From Chrysemys picta bellii (taxonomy: Eukaryota), in assembly GCF_011386835.1 (NCBI RefSeq), contig NC_088797.1:109058001-109122000 (forward strand): 64,000 bases of DNA. The letters are read 5' to 3'. The notes under the pieces are model-generated. The model did no database searches. It saw only the letters and a program-made list of their open reading frames with translations, and was not told the DNA's origin. This document shows, piece by piece, positions 62,780-64,000 of the stretch. The position numbers and the translations under genes were made by a program. Position 1 is the first letter of the stretch; the number at the start of each line of letters is the position of its first letter.

Positions 62780-64000
62780 CTTTTGATACCAGTGTAAGTC
62801 AGCAACTCCAGTGATTTCAGTAGCTCTATCACCATGTATTGCTGCCATGATAGCTATATATGACATTATGGGCCTTATTCCTGGTAATGGTATGGCCAAT
62901 TTGTACCTTGTTGCAAACTGCGTGACTCAGGATCTTCTTGAATACATGCACAAAATCAAAATGATTCAAGAGCCTCCTGACCTTCATGAAAAGTATTACT
63001 GAAACATCCATCAAAAGCAACAGACATGAAAGAATGCCCAGTCAAGATCCACATGAGAAGAAAAGTGCTGCAACATGATATGAAGTTTGTTAAACCTGGG
63101 CCCAGGCCTTCAACTGAGAATGTCCAACCACCAGTGCCGGGAAGATGAATTCCAGGCACCAATACCCAAGGTGCTGAGAAGACCTCAGTTTTTGTGACAG
63201 AATACAGGGATGGAACCTGTGTCTTAAATAGCTGGCTCCCAGATCTTGTTGTGCTTTAAGTCAAGGAAATCCTAGGGCCTGTGGTGTATATAAGAGGTCA
63301 GACTAGATGACCATAGTGGCCCCTTCTGGCCTTAAAATCTATGAAAGGTTGTCTAAAAGAACTTGAATTGCACTTGGAACTGGAAGTCGGAGTCAAGTGT
63401 AGAACACAGGAGTTTTGTGTTCATGGTGTGCAATACACCTAAGAACATGCTGCCTTCTGTACCTGTTGAAGTTTCAGGAGGCTCATCAAAAACCATCCCA
63501 AATACAGTGCATTAGAGTATTTCAGCCCAGAGTGACAATAGTATGGTTAGCTAAGATAAAACCTGCATCTGAAAAGCAAGATTGCAGTCATGTGGTCAGC
63601 AGCAGATGGGAAATGGTACTATGAGTCACTACTTCTATCTGCACATCCCAAAATGGCAAGGGATCCAATAGGATCTAAGGACTCACACTATCATTGAAAA
63701 GGAAGTATCTTCTCTATTAAAAGTTCAGGCAAACCCACACTTCATTCTGCCTACATAAATAACTCACCAGCTTCATTTATGTCTCGCCTGGATTCAGTCC
63801 GACCAATTTCTTCCTCTTCAGATCCAAACTTTAGTCCTGCTCTGAGAAACCACAGAAACATCAGAATGTATTTTGATGAAAAGAAGACAGAAAGTAGAAT
63901 GCTATCCACATGCTAGTGACGCTGAAGCACATGAAACCTCACAATCTGTTGCATAATATACAGCTTGATCAGGAAGGATGGAGACAAGATACAGTATGCA
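62780..64000 (+). mobile_element. Highly decayed RTE (BovB-like) LINE, endonuclease and tether region, interrupted by a CR1 tail at ~63276-63347
   Basis: Frameshifted G..N.NG.LLLQTC..HDLL.TNT pattern (~62870-62950) and RKH..WFDEND.EI-like motif (~63845-63905). Confidence 0.4.

Noticed and set aside
62829-63162. Olfactory-receptor pseudogene on the minus strand (SVAFDG, ILSHAVC)
   Set aside because: MAYDRYVAIC and other OR motifs are not recoverable; the plus strand fits an RTE endonuclease better
1-64000. CRISPR array, rRNA, prokaryotic operons or telomeric arrays
   Set aside because: No regularly spaced direct repeats with unique spacers, no rRNA motifs, and no (TTAGGG)n tract; the sequence is a vertebrate repeat landscape

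Overview
Repeat-rich, AT-rich vertebrate genomic DNA, very probably from a turtle. This is inferred from tRNA-derived SINEs with CR1 tails, CR1/L2/RTE/Vingi LINE relics, Penelope pLTR remnants, and many PIF/Harbinger and hAT MITEs with intact TSDs. There is one 145-N gap (56913-57057). No intact long ORF, rRNA, tRNA gene or CRISPR array is present, and almost all ORFs in the supplied track are TE-derived or chance. A minus-strand host gene may cross the window: the best candidate exon is 19671-19877, encoding two hydrophobic helices, and I could not name the protein. The most notable items are: (1) a fossil AcademX-like DNA transposon ORF (transposase C-terminus, XPG/PIN nuclease, Cys-rich finger) at ~53.0-54.7 kb; (2) three Penelope remnants that each retain a minimal hammerhead-ribozyme motif, one a fold-back insertion with a 13-bp TSD; (3) a Vingi/Ingi-like LINE whose RT core is replaced by a single hAT end; (4) a 1.1-kb TAA-flanked element carrying three captured SINE/tRNA heads. 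All family assignments rest on motifs recognised by eye and from memory; no database search was run.
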